From: Phormidesmis sp.
Lineage (GTDB): Bacteria > Cyanobacteriota > Cyanobacteriia > Leptolyngbyales > Leptolyngbyaceae
Direction: 5' to 3'
Assembly (NCBI GenBank): GCA_965248535.1
Contig: CBDFJR010000005.1
Coordinates: 1,600,001-1,664,000, forward strand
DNA length: 64,000 nt
Shown piece after piece: positions 20,425 to 31,158 of this stretch (positions are counted from its first letter, which is position 1; every line of letters starts with the position of its first letter). A program made the translations under genes and the position numbers. The notes below the pieces were generated by a model. The model was not told the origin of the DNA and did not search any database. It was given only the letters and a program-made list of their open reading frames with translations.

Positions 20425-22248
20425 ATGAAAATGTCTCTTCATTTAATTCAAGTGGGTGTGGGAGCTTTGATCGCCTTTGGCTCTGTGGGGGCAGCTTACT
20501 CACAGACCTCGCCTGCTGGTCAGCCCCAGAAACGCTCTAATCTTGCCGCTCAACCTCCTACTCTCAAGGCGATCGCTGCCACGTTTGCCAATCAAGCTGA
20601 TCCAAAACCAGCTAAACCGGAGACGATCGTTCAGCAACCGCCTTTTGAGGTCGCTAAAATCGTTCAACTGTTTGCCAGCGATGCTCCCACGTCCGTCATG
20701 GCTGCAACGGCTGCAACCTCAGTCGCCCAAACGTCTAAGCCTGTCACGCCGCCGCGATCGACCCCACAGCCGCCGTCTAAGTCTCCCGCGACAGCGCCAC
20801 AACCTCCTGCGACAGCGCCGCAACCCGCTGTTGTCACCCCCGCACCAACTCCCGGCACACCAGTCTCCACTCCCACAACTGCCAAATCTGACCCCACGCC
20901 TGCCCCTGCCTACCTCAATTCGCCCACCAATCCGCTATTGTTTCCTACCCGCCCCGATGAGGTGCGCCTAGCCGGAACTCAACTGATCAGCTTGCAGCAA
21001 GCGATCGACGTAGCCGAACGCAATAATCGCGATCTTCAAGTGTCTAGACTTCAGCTAGAAAGCAGCCGATCGGCCCTACGCGAAGCCCAAGCCACGCTCT
21101 ACCCAACGGTGGGTCTTCAGTCTAGTCTGAGTCGCTCTCAGAGTGCATCGGGTGACATCTCAGCAAGGCAGCAAGCGCAATCCCTGCAATCTCAGCTATT
21201 TGGGATTGACAGCAGCAACCCCCCCAGCACCAGCTTGAGCGGCACTGTTCAACTCAGCTACAACATTTTTACATCGGGTCTAAACAGTGCTCAAAGAAAG
21301 GCCGCAGAACGGCAAGTGAGAGCGGCCGAGTTGACCGTTGAACAAACTCGTGAGCAGCTACGGCTGGATACGACCACCGATTATTACAATCTGCAAAACG
21401 CCAATGAGCAAGTGCGAATCAATCTGGCAGCCGTCATCAACGCCCAGCGAAGTTTGAGTGACACTCTGGCTCAAGAGCGCGCCGGGTTAGGCACTCGGTT
21501 TGACGTGCTGCGATCGCAGGTCAACTTAGCCAACGCTCAACAGCAACTCACCAACGCCAACGCCACTCAGGGCATTAACCGCCGTCAACTGGCTTCGCGC
21601 TTGAGTTTGCCAGAGTCGATCAACGTCTCGACCGCTGACCCTGTGCAGCCTGCTGGCACTTGGGCACTGCCGATCGAAGAGACGATCGTTCTCGCTTATA
21701 AAAACCGGGCAGAGCTAGAAGTGCAGCTAGTGCAGCGAGAGGTCAGTGAGCAGCAGCGGCGAGCGGCGTTGGCGGCGTTGGGCCCAACCCTGAGCGCCAC
21801 GGCTAGTTACAACGTGCTCAAAAGCTTTGAGGCATCTGTGAGCCGACCCGGAGACGGCTACACCCTGGCCCTGCAAGCTCAATGGAACTTTTTTGATGGT
21901 GGAGCCGCTCAAGCGCGGGCAGCCCAACAGGAGCGAAACAAAGAAATTGCCGAAACTCGGTTTGCTCAGAACCGCAACAATGTTCGGTTTCAAGTTGAGC
22001 AGGCTTACACCAATTTGCAGGCAAACCGGGCCAATATTGACACCACAACTACCGCCCTCTCGCAAGCAGCAGAGGCACTCAGACTGGCTCGGTTGCGCTT
22101 TCAGGCTGGGGTAGGCACTCAAACCGACGTGATCAACGCCGAGACAGATTTGACTCGCGCAGAGGGCAATCGGGTCAGTGCCATTATTGGCTATAACCTC
22201 TCGCTGGCTCAACTGCAACGAGCCGTCAGCAACATCGCCACCCGATAA
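20425..22248 (+). CDS. tolC: TolC-family outer-membrane efflux protein (HgdD-like)
   Basis: Signal peptide, Pro/Thr-rich linker, then OEP repeats AGLGTRFDVLRSQV and RLRFQAGVGTQTDV. Confidence 0.92.
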   Translation: MKMSLHLIQVGVGALIAFGSVGAAYSQTSPAGQPQKRSNLAAQPPTLKAIAATFANQADPKPAKPETIVQQPPFEVAKIVQLFASDAPTSVMAATAATSVAQTSKPVTPPRSTPQPPSKSPATAPQPPATAPQPAVVTPAPTPGTPVSTPTTAKSDPTPAPAYLNSPTNPLLFPTRPDEVRLAGTQLISLQQAIDVAERNNRDLQVSRLQLESSRSALREAQATLYPTVGLQSSLSRSQSASGDISARQQAQSLQSQLFGIDSSNPPSTSLSGTVQLSYNIFTSGLNSAQRKAAERQVRAAELTVEQTREQLRLDTTTDYYNLQNANEQVRINLAAVINAQRSLSDTLAQERAGLGTRFDVLRSQVNLANAQQQLTNANATQGINRRQLASRLSLPESINVSTADPVQPAGTWALPIEETIVLAYKNRAELEVQLVQREVSEQQRRAALAALGPTLSATASYNVLKSFEASVSRPGDGYTLALQAQWNFFDGGAAQARAAQQERNKEIAETRFAQNRNNVRFQVEQAYTNLQANRANIDTTTTALSQAAEALRLARLRFQAGVGTQTDVINAETDLTRAEGNRVSAIIGYNLSLAQLQRAVSNIATR

Positions 22249-22437
22249 CCCGATCGAGGCAACATTGGGGAAGGTGAATCTGCTGGTTAGGGTGCTGTCG
22301 GGCTGATTAATAATTCTAATCTCTGCCGATTAACGGTAGTCGATCGCTTGAGTTCAAGCCACAATAGACTCAGTAGCCTTGATATAACGACTCAGAAGTC
22401 AGTCGTTCTTCCCTCTACGTCCTTGAGAGATTGCCCC

Positions 22438-23463
22438 ATGACTGAACGTAAACTGTCGGCTTCCACGGTTCAAAAACGAGTATGTCAGAGTTCTTTACTG
22501 CTGTATGGACTCGGTTGGACGGTGGGTTCGGGCTTTTTGAGCGGTGGCGTGACCCTCGCCCAAACTCCGACACCCGCAGCGCAGTCTCCGATCGTCATAG
22601 ACTTGGTTCCGAAGACTCCTTCATCGACTCCGACTCCGGCGGCGATCGCTCCTGAACTGTCGGCTCCAGAATTTTCGACTTCAGTCGCGCCTAGATCCGC
22701 CACTCCCGCCGATGGAGGAGACCTGTTTATCGATCGCACCAGCTACAGCTTAGGAGCCACCGAGCGTCGCGACCCAGCTTTAGAAACGGCAGCCAATCGC
22801 CCGATCGGGGTTGATCGAGAGGGCGTTCCGGTGAGTGCGCCTGCTGTGCATCTCGGTTCGGTTAATGTCTCATCTAGCGGCATTGGTTGGAGTGCGGCTC
22901 CAGGGAGCACGACCCCGATCGGGCGAGAATATAGCACCGTGCGCGACTACTACAACCGCACCATTCGTCCTCCTGCCCGCCTAGGCAATGGCAATATTCG
23001 ACTCATCTTTCCGCTCTCGATTCCCTCGGCGATCACCTCTGTCTTTGGCTGGCGCGTTCACCCGATCACGGGCGACAGCCGCTTCCACTCTGGCACCGAT
23101 TTAGGCGCGCCAATGGGCACCCCAGTTTTAGCCGCCTATGCAGGTCAGGTGGCGTTTGCAGACTTTTTGGGGGGCTATGGGCTGGCAGTGGCACTCAATC
23201 ACAATCAGGGCACTCAGCAGACTCTCTATGGTCACTTATCAGAGATCTTTGTCAAACCGGGCGATCTTGTGCAGCAAGGAATGGTGATCGGGCGAGTCGG
23301 CAGCACCGGGGCCTCGACCGGGCCTCACTTGCACTTTGAGTTTCGTCAGTTGACCACAGAAGGCTGGGTGGCGATGGATGCCGGAACCCAGCTAGAAACC
23401 TCATTAGCCGATTTAGTGAAAGCGTTGCAGGTTGCTCAGTCCTCTGCAAAACCGACTCAATAG
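22438..23463 (+). CDS. M23 family metallopeptidase
   Basis: HSGTD, LYGHL and STGPHLHFE zinc motifs, with an N-terminal signal-like segment. Confidence 0.92.
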   Translation: MTERKLSASTVQKRVCQSSLLLYGLGWTVGSGFLSGGVTLAQTPTPAAQSPIVIDLVPKTPSSTPTPAAIAPELSAPEFSTSVAPRSATPADGGDLFIDRTSYSLGATERRDPALETAANRPIGVDREGVPVSAPAVHLGSVNVSSSGIGWSAAPGSTTPIGREYSTVRDYYNRTIRPPARLGNGNIRLIFPLSIPSAITSVFGWRVHPITGDSRFHSGTDLGAPMGTPVLAAYAGQVAFADFLGGYGLAVALNHNQGTQQTLYGHLSEIFVKPGDLVQQGMVIGRVGSTGASTGPHLHFEFRQLTTEGWVAMDAGTQLETSLADLVKALQVAQSSAKPTQ

Positions 23464-23580
23464 CCCGTTGAGAACAGCGGCGGGTGTTCGAGTCGGGATC
23501 GTTCTCCCGGTAGATAGGTAGATCTATCATTGGTCTGATAATAGATCGTGTTGACCGTCACGTTGAGCCGACTTGTCTAA

Positions 23581-25350
23581 ATGATTGACGCGCTGCCGCC
23601 TGAACGTTTGCCCTCAATTCCCCTCCCTGCTAACGAAGTCAACCGACTGGAGGCGTTGCGGCGATATCGCATTCTTGATACCCCGACTGAGGTTGCCTTT
23701 GATCGCATCACAACCCTGGCAGCACGACTGTTTGATGTGCCGATCGTGCTGGTTTCGTTAGTCGATCACTCCCGGGCCTGGTTTAAGTCAAGCTATGGGT
23801 TTGATCTCTGCGAAGTGCCGCGAGGCGATGCGATGTGCAATTTTTCGTTGCTCTCTACCGATGTTCTCGTCGTTCCTGACACTCGCAAAGACGATCGCTT
23901 TGCTTGCAACCCGTTTGCCGTTAGTGAACCGGGGGTTCGGTTTTATGCAGGCGCGCCTCTGGTGACGCATGATGGCTATAACCTGGGCACTCTCTGCTTG
24001 CTAGACGGCAACCCGCGAGAGGCGTTAAGCGACGACCAAAGAGCGACGCTGGTTGATCTAGCTGCTATGGTGGTCGATGAGTTAGAGCTGCGGCTGGCGG
24101 CCAAAAAAATTGCCCAGACCGATGCTGCCCTGATGACAGTCACTCAAGGCGTTTCGACCGTGACGGGCAACGCCTTTTTTCAGGCGCTCGTGCAGCACTT
24201 TGCTAATGTTTTAGACGTTAACTATGCTTATATTGGGCTGGTGACTAATCAGAACAACGAAGCCATTCACACGATCGCGGTGTGCGCCCAGGGCGAGATT
24301 AGCGAAAATTTTGACTATTTGCTCAAAGACACTCCCTGCCAAGCCGTGATCGCAAAACGCGCTATTTGCTGCTATCCGCATCAAGTGCAGGCGCTGTTTC
24401 CTGATGCGCCTTTATTGGCTCCTTTCAAGATCGAAAGCTATATTGCGATTCCCTTTTTTGACTCTAGGGGAGTGGCGATCGGGCTGTTGAGCGTCATGGA
24501 TGTTAAGCCTTTAGAAAATGTGTATCTTGCAGAGTCACTGCTGACGGTTTTTGCCCTGAGAATTGCCACTGAGCTAGAGCGCCAACAAACTGAGGAAGTT
24601 CGCGCCCAGATGCTGTCCCGTGAGCAGCAGGCCCGTGCCCAGGCCGAAACCGCTAACCGCATGAAAGATGAATTTTTAGCCATTCTGTCTCACGAATTGC
24701 GAACTCCGCTGAACCCAATTTTGGGCTGGGCAAGACTGCTGCGGACGCGATCGTTTGATGCCACGAGAACCCAACAAGCGCTAGAAACGATCGAGCGCAA
24801 TGCTCTCTTGCAGACGCAACTGATTGATGATTTATTAGATATCTCGCGCATTGTGCAGGGCAAACTCAGTCTGACCATCGCCGCAGTGGATCTGAATGTG
24901 ACGATTCGATCGGCGATCGACACCCTGCAATTAGCGGCCCAGGCTAAGGCGATCGCGGTTAAATTTGAACCGCGATCGCGGTCGATCTGGGTGTCAGGCG
25001 ATGCCAACCGTCTTCAGCAAGTGGTCTGGAATCTGTTGTCAAATGCCGTCAAATTTACGCCCGCCGGGGGAAAAATTGTCGTTAACTTAATGCAGGCTGC
25101 TGATCAGGCTCAGATTCAAGTCAGCGACACCGGAAAGGGGATCAGGGGCGACTTTTTGCCGTTTGTGTTTGAGTCTTTTCGGCAAGCTGATAGTGCGACG
25201 ACGCGACAGTTTGGTGGGCTAGGGTTGGGTCTAGCGATCGTGCGGCAATTGGTCGAATCCCACGGGGGCACCATTGAAGTTGATAGCCCAGGAGAAGGAC
25301 AGGGAGCCGTTTTCACGCTGAAGCTGCCGCTGCCAAACGCACCAGACTAA
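23581..25350 (+). CDS. GAF-GAF sensor histidine kinase (orphan)
   Basis: [26 protein letters not shown]-box, [15 protein letters not shown] and GLGLGL boxes. No receiver domain. Confidence 0.92.
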   Translation: MIDALPPERLPSIPLPANEVNRLEALRRYRILDTPTEVAFDRITTLAARLFDVPIVLVSLVDHSRAWFKSSYGFDLCEVPRGDAMCNFSLLSTDVLVVPDTRKDDRFACNPFAVSEPGVRFYAGAPLVTHDGYNLGTLCLLDGNPREALSDDQRATLVDLAAMVVDELELRLAAKKIAQTDAALMTVTQGVSTVTGNAFFQALVQHFANVLDVNYAYIGLVTNQNNEAIHTIAVCAQGEISENFDYLLKDTPCQAVIAKRAICCYPHQVQALFPDAPLLAPFKIESYIAIPFFDSRGVAIGLLSVMDVKPLENVYLAESLLTVFALRIATELERQQTEEVRAQMLSREQQARAQAETANRMKDEFLAILSHELRTPLNPILGWARLLRTRSFDATRTQQALETIERNALLQTQLIDDLLDISRIVQGKLSLTIAAVDLNVTIRSAIDTLQLAAQAKAIAVKFEPRSRSIWVSGDANRLQQVVWNLLSNAVKFTPAGGKIVVNLMQAADQAQIQVSDTGKGIRGDFLPFVFESFRQADSATTRQFGGLGLGLAIVRQLVESHGGTIEVDSPGEGQGAVFTLKLPLPNAPD

Positions 25351-25396
25351 CTGCAAGTTTAGCGATGAATTCAAGTCTCAAGTGCACAACTGAACG

Positions 25397-26071
25397 TTAT
25401 TGAGCGATCGCCTCAAAGGCAATATCCATCAAGGGCGACTGCTGCCAGTCTTTTGCGTCAAAGTGCCACCACTCGGTTTGCAAAGGGATAAACCCGCGTT
25501 TGATCATAGCTGATTCTAGGGTCTGGCGATTTTTTTTAGCTGTCTGGCTGATAGGGTTGTAGTCACGATGAGCACGATCGCTAAAATCATCAAATCCTGT
25601 TGGCATTTCTAATTCTTTGCCAGACTTGTCTACGAGAGTGACATCTACCGCAGATCCCCGATTGTGTCTCGATCCCTTCGCAGGGTTTGCAACGTAGAGA
25701 TCATTGTGCACGATCTTCCACATAATCCTCTGCACAGATAGAGGACGATAGCAATCATATACTTTTAAGCTTAACGATTGCGATTCTAAATCTGTTTGCA
25801 CTTGTGATAAGTCATTGGCAACTTTCGGCTTTAATAAACACCGAGCTTGTCGATAAAGCTGCTGTTTGGTGAAATTATTTTTAGTCGCATATCGAATGTC
25901 TAATTTGATAGTTGAGTTAACTGATCGGATGTCTACTAACTTGGCGGGCGGTGGCACGATCGCCCGCACAGAAGGTTGCGCTTGGTGGATGATCACTAGC
26001 GATATCAGCAGCGCCAGCACAACGTTAAGCCAATTTCTAATCTTGTTCTTAATCCTAAAAGTTTTGTCCAT
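25397..26071 (-). CDS. ddpX: D-alanyl-D-alanine dipeptidase (M15D, VanX/DdpX-like), exported
   Basis: DIRYATKNNF, YDCYRP, SRHNRGSAVD and EWWHF motifs, with a signal peptide. Confidence 0.9.
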   Translation of the reverse strand: MDKTFRIKNKIRNWLNVVLALLISLVIIHQAQPSVRAIVPPPAKLVDIRSVNSTIKLDIRYATKNNFTKQQLYRQARCLLKPKVANDLSQVQTDLESQSLSLKVYDCYRPLSVQRIMWKIVHNDLYVANPAKGSRHNRGSAVDVTLVDKSGKELEMPTGFDDFSDRAHRDYNPISQTAKKNRQTLESAMIKRGFIPLQTEWWHFDAKDWQQSPLMDIAFEAIAQ

Positions 26072-26256
26072 TTCTATAAATCTGAAGGGCATAAATCGCT
26101 GGGCAAAGGTGATTAAAGCGGTAATTAACGGTGTATAGTTTCAGGCTTTTGCTGAGTTTTATGGGAGCGATCGTGAAATAAATTTCTCTATCTGTCAACT
26201 ATTTCTAATCTGTAGAGTTCCCGCAGAACGTCTCTTTAATGCACTGACTCTCACCT

Positions 26257-26284
26257 GTAAGGGCATGGCATCGCCGTGCCCATT
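26257..26284. repeat. REP-like palindrome
   Basis: GTAAGGGCATGGCATCGCCGTGCCC hairpin, same family as the 19102 copy. Confidence 0.55.
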
Positions 26285-26359
26285 GTCTATGCTAACGACG
26301 GATCGGAGTTCATCGACGGCTCTTGGCAAGGAGCAGCGATCGGGTCACCTCTCAGCCTT

Positions 26360-26938
26360 TTATTTGCCCATTTTTCGCTTCATCTGATCAAGCTCTTCTT
26401 GGGCTTCCCAGCGCTTAAACTCTTGCTCAAGGGGGTCAGCCGAACTGTGAATATAGGTCGCGTTTTGATCTTGATTCCAGCCGTTCACAGCCCACCGGGT
26501 TTCGGTCTGCGCTGCACGAGCCGCCTGAGCCTCGGTGATTTTAGTTTGCACTTCTTGGCGACGGGTCTGAATCTGCTGCTGCAACTCTTCAGTCTGCTTG
26601 AGGCGCTGTTTGAGAATCTCCATTTGGCCCCATTTTTGATTGCCTTCTCGCAGCAAGCCCGCCTCGTGGGCCTGAGCAGGTTCAGCCAGGTCGAGCCTGC
26701 CAGCCGCTTTTGCTTTCTCAATGCGAAGGTGCCAGCGCTGAATTTCTTGAGCCGTCGCCAAAATCTCATCTTGAAGCTGCTTTTCGTTGAGCCGCAAGTC
26801 TGCCATCAGTCGCCGCGTCTCTTGCTCCTGTTCTCGCAGTTTTTCTTCGAGCGCCTGCAACTCTAAATGAGGGTTATTTCGCAAAAACTCATCAAGTCGA
26901 GCTTCGAGAAATCGACTGAAATCATCAAACAGACCCAT
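26360..26938 (-). CDS. TIGR04376-family (PspA/IM30-related) coiled-coil protein
   Basis: MGLFDDFSRFLEARLDEFLRNNPHLELQALEE...AKAAGRLDLA...DPLEQEFKRWE...ELDQMKRKMG. Confidence 0.82.
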   Translation of the reverse strand: MGLFDDFSRFLEARLDEFLRNNPHLELQALEEKLREQEQETRRLMADLRLNEKQLQDEILATAQEIQRWHLRIEKAKAAGRLDLAEPAQAHEAGLLREGNQKWGQMEILKQRLKQTEELQQQIQTRRQEVQTKITEAQAARAAQTETRWAVNGWNQDQNATYIHSSADPLEQEFKRWEAQEELDQMKRKMGK

Positions 26939-27002
26939 GATCGCAACTCCTGCAATGGTGAAGGGTGAATGGCGATCGTCGCGCCACCCACTGATCGCTA
27001 TT

Positions 27003-28079
27003 TTAGAGTTTCTGCCCGGCGGAGATCGTTCTAACTTCCCCGTTTCGGCGCACGGTGACATATTGTTTAGACACTTCGACCAGGTTCCAGCCGCTCGACC
27101 CAATACTTTCACCCACGTAGTAGCGCTGAGTGATGCCATTCAACTCAAATAAAGCCGCCGATCGTGAGGGGTCTGAGCCTTCTAGAACCCCAACTAGGGT
27201 GCGCTGAGGGGCCACGGGTTCAGGATTAGCTTGGGGCACAGAGCGCGCTTGAGGCTGCAACGTGACGGGGCGATTGGCGGTGGGCGAAAGGCGCTCTAAC
27301 ACACTGGCCAGCCGACCCAAGATCTGGTTTAGCTCTCGGCGAGAGGGGTCAACGGGGCTGGAGGCTTGAGGCACGGTGACCACGATCGGAGACGTTTTGG
27401 GCAACGGCACCGACGATCGCAGCGGCGGCTGATTAGCAGGCACCGGAACCGTGGGCAGCCCGCTATTATAAGGCGCGGTGGGCAGTCCTTCTGCTTTTCC
27501 GGTGGCGGCTTTGCGATCGATGGCTTCGAGCGATCGCTGCACATAGTCAGAAAACTGCGGGTTGGTGTCTACCTGGGGAGTTGGAGCGATCGTCGTGGGC
27601 ACGATCGTCTCAGGGAGCGGAGTCAACGCGGTCACAAATCGGCTAGCTAGCCCACTCGTCACGAGCCAAACGGTTAACGCTGCGACAGCAGACGTGCATC
27701 CTGTGATGATCAAGAAGCGAGTAAACCCATTTCCCCGATCGCTGGGCGGCGGTTGGGTATTCACCAATTCACCCAGATCGGGCAGCGTGGAGGGATCGCG
27801 TTCAGGTTGCGGCTGCGGGCGAGTCAGCAGGCCAGACGAGAGAGGCGGCGGAGCAAGATTGAGCTTAGGTCGGGGAGCGGGCGCTTCCACCCGCACTGGC
27901 TCAGAAGGAGGAACGGCCCCGTCGAGCAAGCGATCGACATCACCAAACAGGTCATCCATCAAGCGATCGGCGTAAGACTCGACCAAAAATGGCTCAGGCA
28001 GCGAATCTACGCCTGAAGTCCGCGAGTCATCATGGGTAGGATCGAGAAGCGGTTTGGGGTTTGTGACGGGTTGAGTCAT
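27003..28079 (-). CDS. Conserved single-TM protein with a C-terminal GspC/PilP-like beta domain
   Basis: YADRLMDDLF N-motif, one TM, Pro-rich linker, then LVGVLE..SAALFELNG...VGESIGSSGW...RRNGEVR. Confidence 0.65.
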   Translation of the reverse strand: MTQPVTNPKPLLDPTHDDSRTSGVDSLPEPFLVESYADRLMDDLFGDVDRLLDGAVPPSEPVRVEAPAPRPKLNLAPPPLSSGLLTRPQPQPERDPSTLPDLGELVNTQPPPSDRGNGFTRFLIITGCTSAVAALTVWLVTSGLASRFVTALTPLPETIVPTTIAPTPQVDTNPQFSDYVQRSLEAIDRKAATGKAEGLPTAPYNSGLPTVPVPANQPPLRSSVPLPKTSPIVVTVPQASSPVDPSRRELNQILGRLASVLERLSPTANRPVTLQPQARSVPQANPEPVAPQRTLVGVLEGSDPSRSAALFELNGITQRYYVGESIGSSGWNLVEVSKQYVTVRRNGEVRTISAGQKL

Positions 28080-28364
28080 AGCTTTCTTGCTGATGTCGAT
28101 CAAAACGGACGATTGACTGCAAATGCACCTTTAGGATAATGATTAAACTAATGAGCAACCGTTTAGGCTGATCTTGATCACAGGTGTTGTCGGCGTTTGA
28201 AGAGACGATCCCCACTCATAGCACTTAGTGAGGATAGCTCAAATGCCAAGTTAGCGCTAAATCCTGTACGAATTTTAATATTCGTTTGAGAATTATAGTC
28301 ACTCAAGCAGAGGGCGATGACATTTAGTGAAGAAGTTTAGTGGAATTCGGTGAAACCCGCGGAC

Positions 28365-28679
28365 TTATGGGTGTGAACTCAGTCCCGTAGTGCTACAGAG
28401 AATCTCGATCGCTTGGTCGGCGGTAATCAGTCGTTTTAAAACCACTTGCCCGATCGCCGGGTTAGGCATCGTCGCGGCAATCTCTAAACTTGGCTTGACC
28501 TCAACCATGAGAATGGCCTCTTCGACGCGATAGAGCCACAGCTTTTCGCCATTTTCCCAGAGGCAGAGGGTGGTTTGCTCAATTTCTGGGGTGCGCCTCC
28601 AGGCGATTTCGTTCCACAAGCCGCCGAGTTCCCAAATGCGACCGACAAACCAACCATCGGAGAGAAAAAAATACTTCAT
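28365..28679 (-). CDS. Hypothetical protein (conserved cyanobacterial type)
   Basis: 104-aa Trp-rich ORF with a GAAGGGA RBS. Contains MKYFFLSDGW and IGQVVLKRL. Confidence 0.75.
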   Translation of the reverse strand: MKYFFLSDGWFVGRIWELGGLWNEIAWRRTPEIEQTTLCLWENGEKLWLYRVEEAILMVEVKPSLEIAATMPNPAIGQVVLKRLITADQAIEILCSTTGLSSHP

Positions 28680-28841
28680 CTATCCCTTCGAGAAGCTCAG
28701 ATTTGCTGTTCACCATAGCGCGACTCGCTAGAGTCTTAGACGAATTCTGTAGGATCTCTCAAGGAATTTGCCAAATTGAATCGGTTTCTAAAGGGTTGAT
28801 GAAGGAATTTTATGGGTGGGGGTTCACGGGCTGCGATCGCT

Positions 28842-29021
28842 TCAAATTTTCCCCTCTTCTTCCGCCTTCTTCAAACCGTCTCGAATCAACCTTTGAGCTG
28901 TTTTTCCTTCCGATCGCTCTTCTACTCTTGCCAGTTTTTTAAGCTTTTCGCTCTCGTCTTCCGTTAAAGGAACATTCAAACGCCGAGAAGATTCCTTTTT
29001 TTGCGGTTCATCTTGGTTCAT
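28842..29021 (-). CDS. Ribbon-helix-helix (CopG/Arc-like) protein, 59 aa, absent from the ORF track
   Basis: My translation: MNQDEPQKKESSRRLNVPLTEDESEKLKKLARVEERSEGKTAQRLIRDGLKKAEEEGKI*. Beta-strand RLNVPL, helix, turn RS, second helix. Confidence 0.8.
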   Translation of the reverse strand: MNQDEPQKKESSRRLNVPLTEDESEKLKKLARVEERSEGKTAQRLIRDGLKKAEEEGKI

Positions 29022-29250
29022 CTTTGCTCAATTAAGTGCTGCTTTGGTTCAAGAACGATCAAAAGTAGAAGCCAGTGCGTCCCGTGGAAAGTTCTGCACT
29101 GGCTTTTGCTCCAAACTCAATGTAGGAGACAGAAACATTATGTCGTATGCGATCGTTTAAGACGATAGGCAGTCTTTCGCTTGCTTGCAAAGTTGAATGC
29201 CAGCGCTAGCCGTTAAAATAGAGTCTGACCTTCTGCTGCACCCGATCGCC

Positions 29251-31158
29251 ATGAACGCTCCTGTAGATTTTATTGATGCCTATGATGTGGTGGTCGTCGG
29301 AGCCGGGCATTCAGGCTGTGAAGCAGCATTGGCTAGCGCTCGGCTCGGCTGTCGCACGCTGCTGCTGACCCTCAACCTCGATAAAATCGCGTGGCAACCG
29401 TGTAACCCGGCAGTGGGCGGCCCAGCCAAGTCGCAGTTGGTGCATGAAGTCGATGCGTTGGGGGGCGAAATTGGCAAAGTCAGCGATCGTACCTACCTGC
29501 AAAAGCGCATTCTCAACGCCTCAAGAGGCCCGGCAGTGTGGGCGCTGCGGGCGCAAACCGACAAGCGCGAATATGCGGCGGTGATGAAGAGCATTGTAGA
29601 AAATCAAGAGAATTTGACCATTCGCGAGGGCATGGCCACCGATCTTGTCTTGGGGGCAAACCAAGAAGTTAGAGGAGTGCAAACCTACTTTGGGGTAGCG
29701 TTTGAGTGCAAAGCTGTGGTGCTGACCACCGGGACTTTTCTGGGTGGAATGATCTGGGTCGGCAACAAGTCAATGGCCGCCGGACGAGCCGGAGAGTTTG
29801 CAGCCGTAGGCTTGACCGAGACTTTGAATCGATTGGGCTTTGAGACCGGACGCTTAAAAACCGGGACACCTGCTAGAGTCGATCGGCGATCGGTCAACTT
29901 TTCTCAACTCGAACCGCAGCCCGGAGACACAGAGATTCGCTGGTTTAGCTTTGACCCTGACGTGTGGGTTGAGCGCGAACAGATTCCCTGTCACCTGACG
30001 CGCACCACTGCCGAGACCCACCAAATTATTCGCGAAAACCTTCATCTCTCGCCCGTCTATGGCGGCTGGGTTGATTCTAAAGGGCCGCGCTATTGCCCCA
30101 GCATTGAAGACAAAATTGTCCGCTTTGCCGACAAAGAAAGCCATCAGATCTTTATCGAGCCAGAAGGACGCGACACTCCAGAGCTTTATATTCAAGGCTT
30201 TTCAACGGGGCTACCCGAAACGATTCAGCTAAAAATGTTGCGATCGCTCCCTGGTCTAGAAAACTGCGCGATGCTGCGTCCTGCTTATGCGGTCGATTAT
30301 GACTATCTGCCCGCGACGCAGTGCTACCCGACTCTGATGACCAAAAAAGTTGAGGGACTGTTTTGTGCGGGTCAAATTAACGGCACAACGGGCTATGAAG
30401 AAGCGGCCGCTCAAGGCTTGGTCGCGGGTGTCAACGCGGCTCGGTTTTGTCGTCATCAAGAGATGATCGTCTTTCCGCGTGAGCAGAGCTATATCGGGAC
30501 GCTGATCGATGATTTGTGCACTAAAGATCTGCGCGAACCTTATCGGGTGTTGACCTCACGATCGGAATATCGGTTACTCCTGCGATCGGACAATGCCGAT
30601 CAGCGTCTCACGTCCCTCGGTCGAGAGATTGGATTGATTGACGATCGTCGCTGGCAACTCTACACCACTAAGCAAGAAAATATCACGGCTGAAAAAGAGC
30701 GATTGCATGAGACACGCATCAAAGAACACGATGCGATTGGTCAAGCGATTGCTAAAAATACTGAGCAAGCGATTAAAGGATCAATCACTTTAGCAGAGCT
30801 TTTAAGGCGCTCTGGGTTTCACTATGTAGATTTAGATCGACATGGATTGGGAAACGCTGCCCTCGATCGCTCTGAACGAGAAGGTGCCGAAATTGACATC
30901 AAATATGCGGGCTACATTCAACGTCAGCAGCAGCAGATTGATCAAACGGCTCGTCAAGAACATCGCAAGTTGCCGGATGATTTGGACTATGCCGCGATCG
31001 CCACGCTTTCTAAAGAGTCGAGAGAGAAATTAGCCAAAGTCAAACCGATGACGATCGGGCAAGCAACTCGCATCGGGGGGGTCAACCCTGCGGATATTAA
31101 CGCGCTGCTGGTTTATTTAGAAATCCAATCTCGTCAAGCTGCGGAAGTGCTGACATGA
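29251..31158 (+). CDS. mnmG: tRNA uridine-5-carboxymethylaminomethyl(34) synthesis enzyme MnmG
   Basis: [28 protein letters not shown] and [17 protein letters not shown] motifs. Confidence 0.98.
   Translation: MNAPVDFIDAYDVVVVGAGHSGCEAALASARLGCRTLLLTLNLDKIAWQPCNPAVGGPAKSQLVHEVDALGGEIGKVSDRTYLQKRILNASRGPAVWALRAQTDKREYAAVMKSIVENQENLTIREGMATDLVLGANQEVRGVQTYFGVAFECKAVVLTTGTFLGGMIWVGNKSMAAGRAGEFAAVGLTETLNRLGFETGRLKTGTPARVDRRSVNFSQLEPQPGDTEIRWFSFDPDVWVEREQIPCHLTRTTAETHQIIRENLHLSPVYGGWVDSKGPRYCPSIEDKIVRFADKESHQIFIEPEGRDTPELYIQGFSTGLPETIQLKMLRSLPGLENCAMLRPAYAVDYDYLPATQCYPTLMTKKVEGLFCAGQINGTTGYEEAAAQGLVAGVNAARFCRHQEMIVFPREQSYIGTLIDDLCTKDLREPYRVLTSRSEYRLLLRSDNADQRLTSLGREIGLIDDRRWQLYTTKQENITAEKERLHETRIKEHDAIGQAIAKNTEQAIKGSITLAELLRRSGFHYVDLDRHGLGNAALDRSEREGAEIDIKYAGYIQRQQQQIDQTARQEHRKLPDDLDYAAIATLSKESREKLAKVKPMTIGQATRIGGVNPADINALLVYLEIQSRQAAEVLT

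Noticed and set aside
20785..20826. 21-bp tandem repeat in tolC
   Set aside because: It is an in-frame PATAPQP duplication in a normal Pro-rich linker.
22260..22330. c-di-AMP (ydaO) riboswitch before the M23 peptidase
   Set aside because: Only GGTGAATC...TAGGG resembles it. The conserved CCCG..CCCGTCAGCTAAC 3' block is missing.
28703..28942. 79-aa plus-strand ORF
   Set aside because: It overlaps the RHH gene on the opposite strand and has no RBS or recognisable motif.
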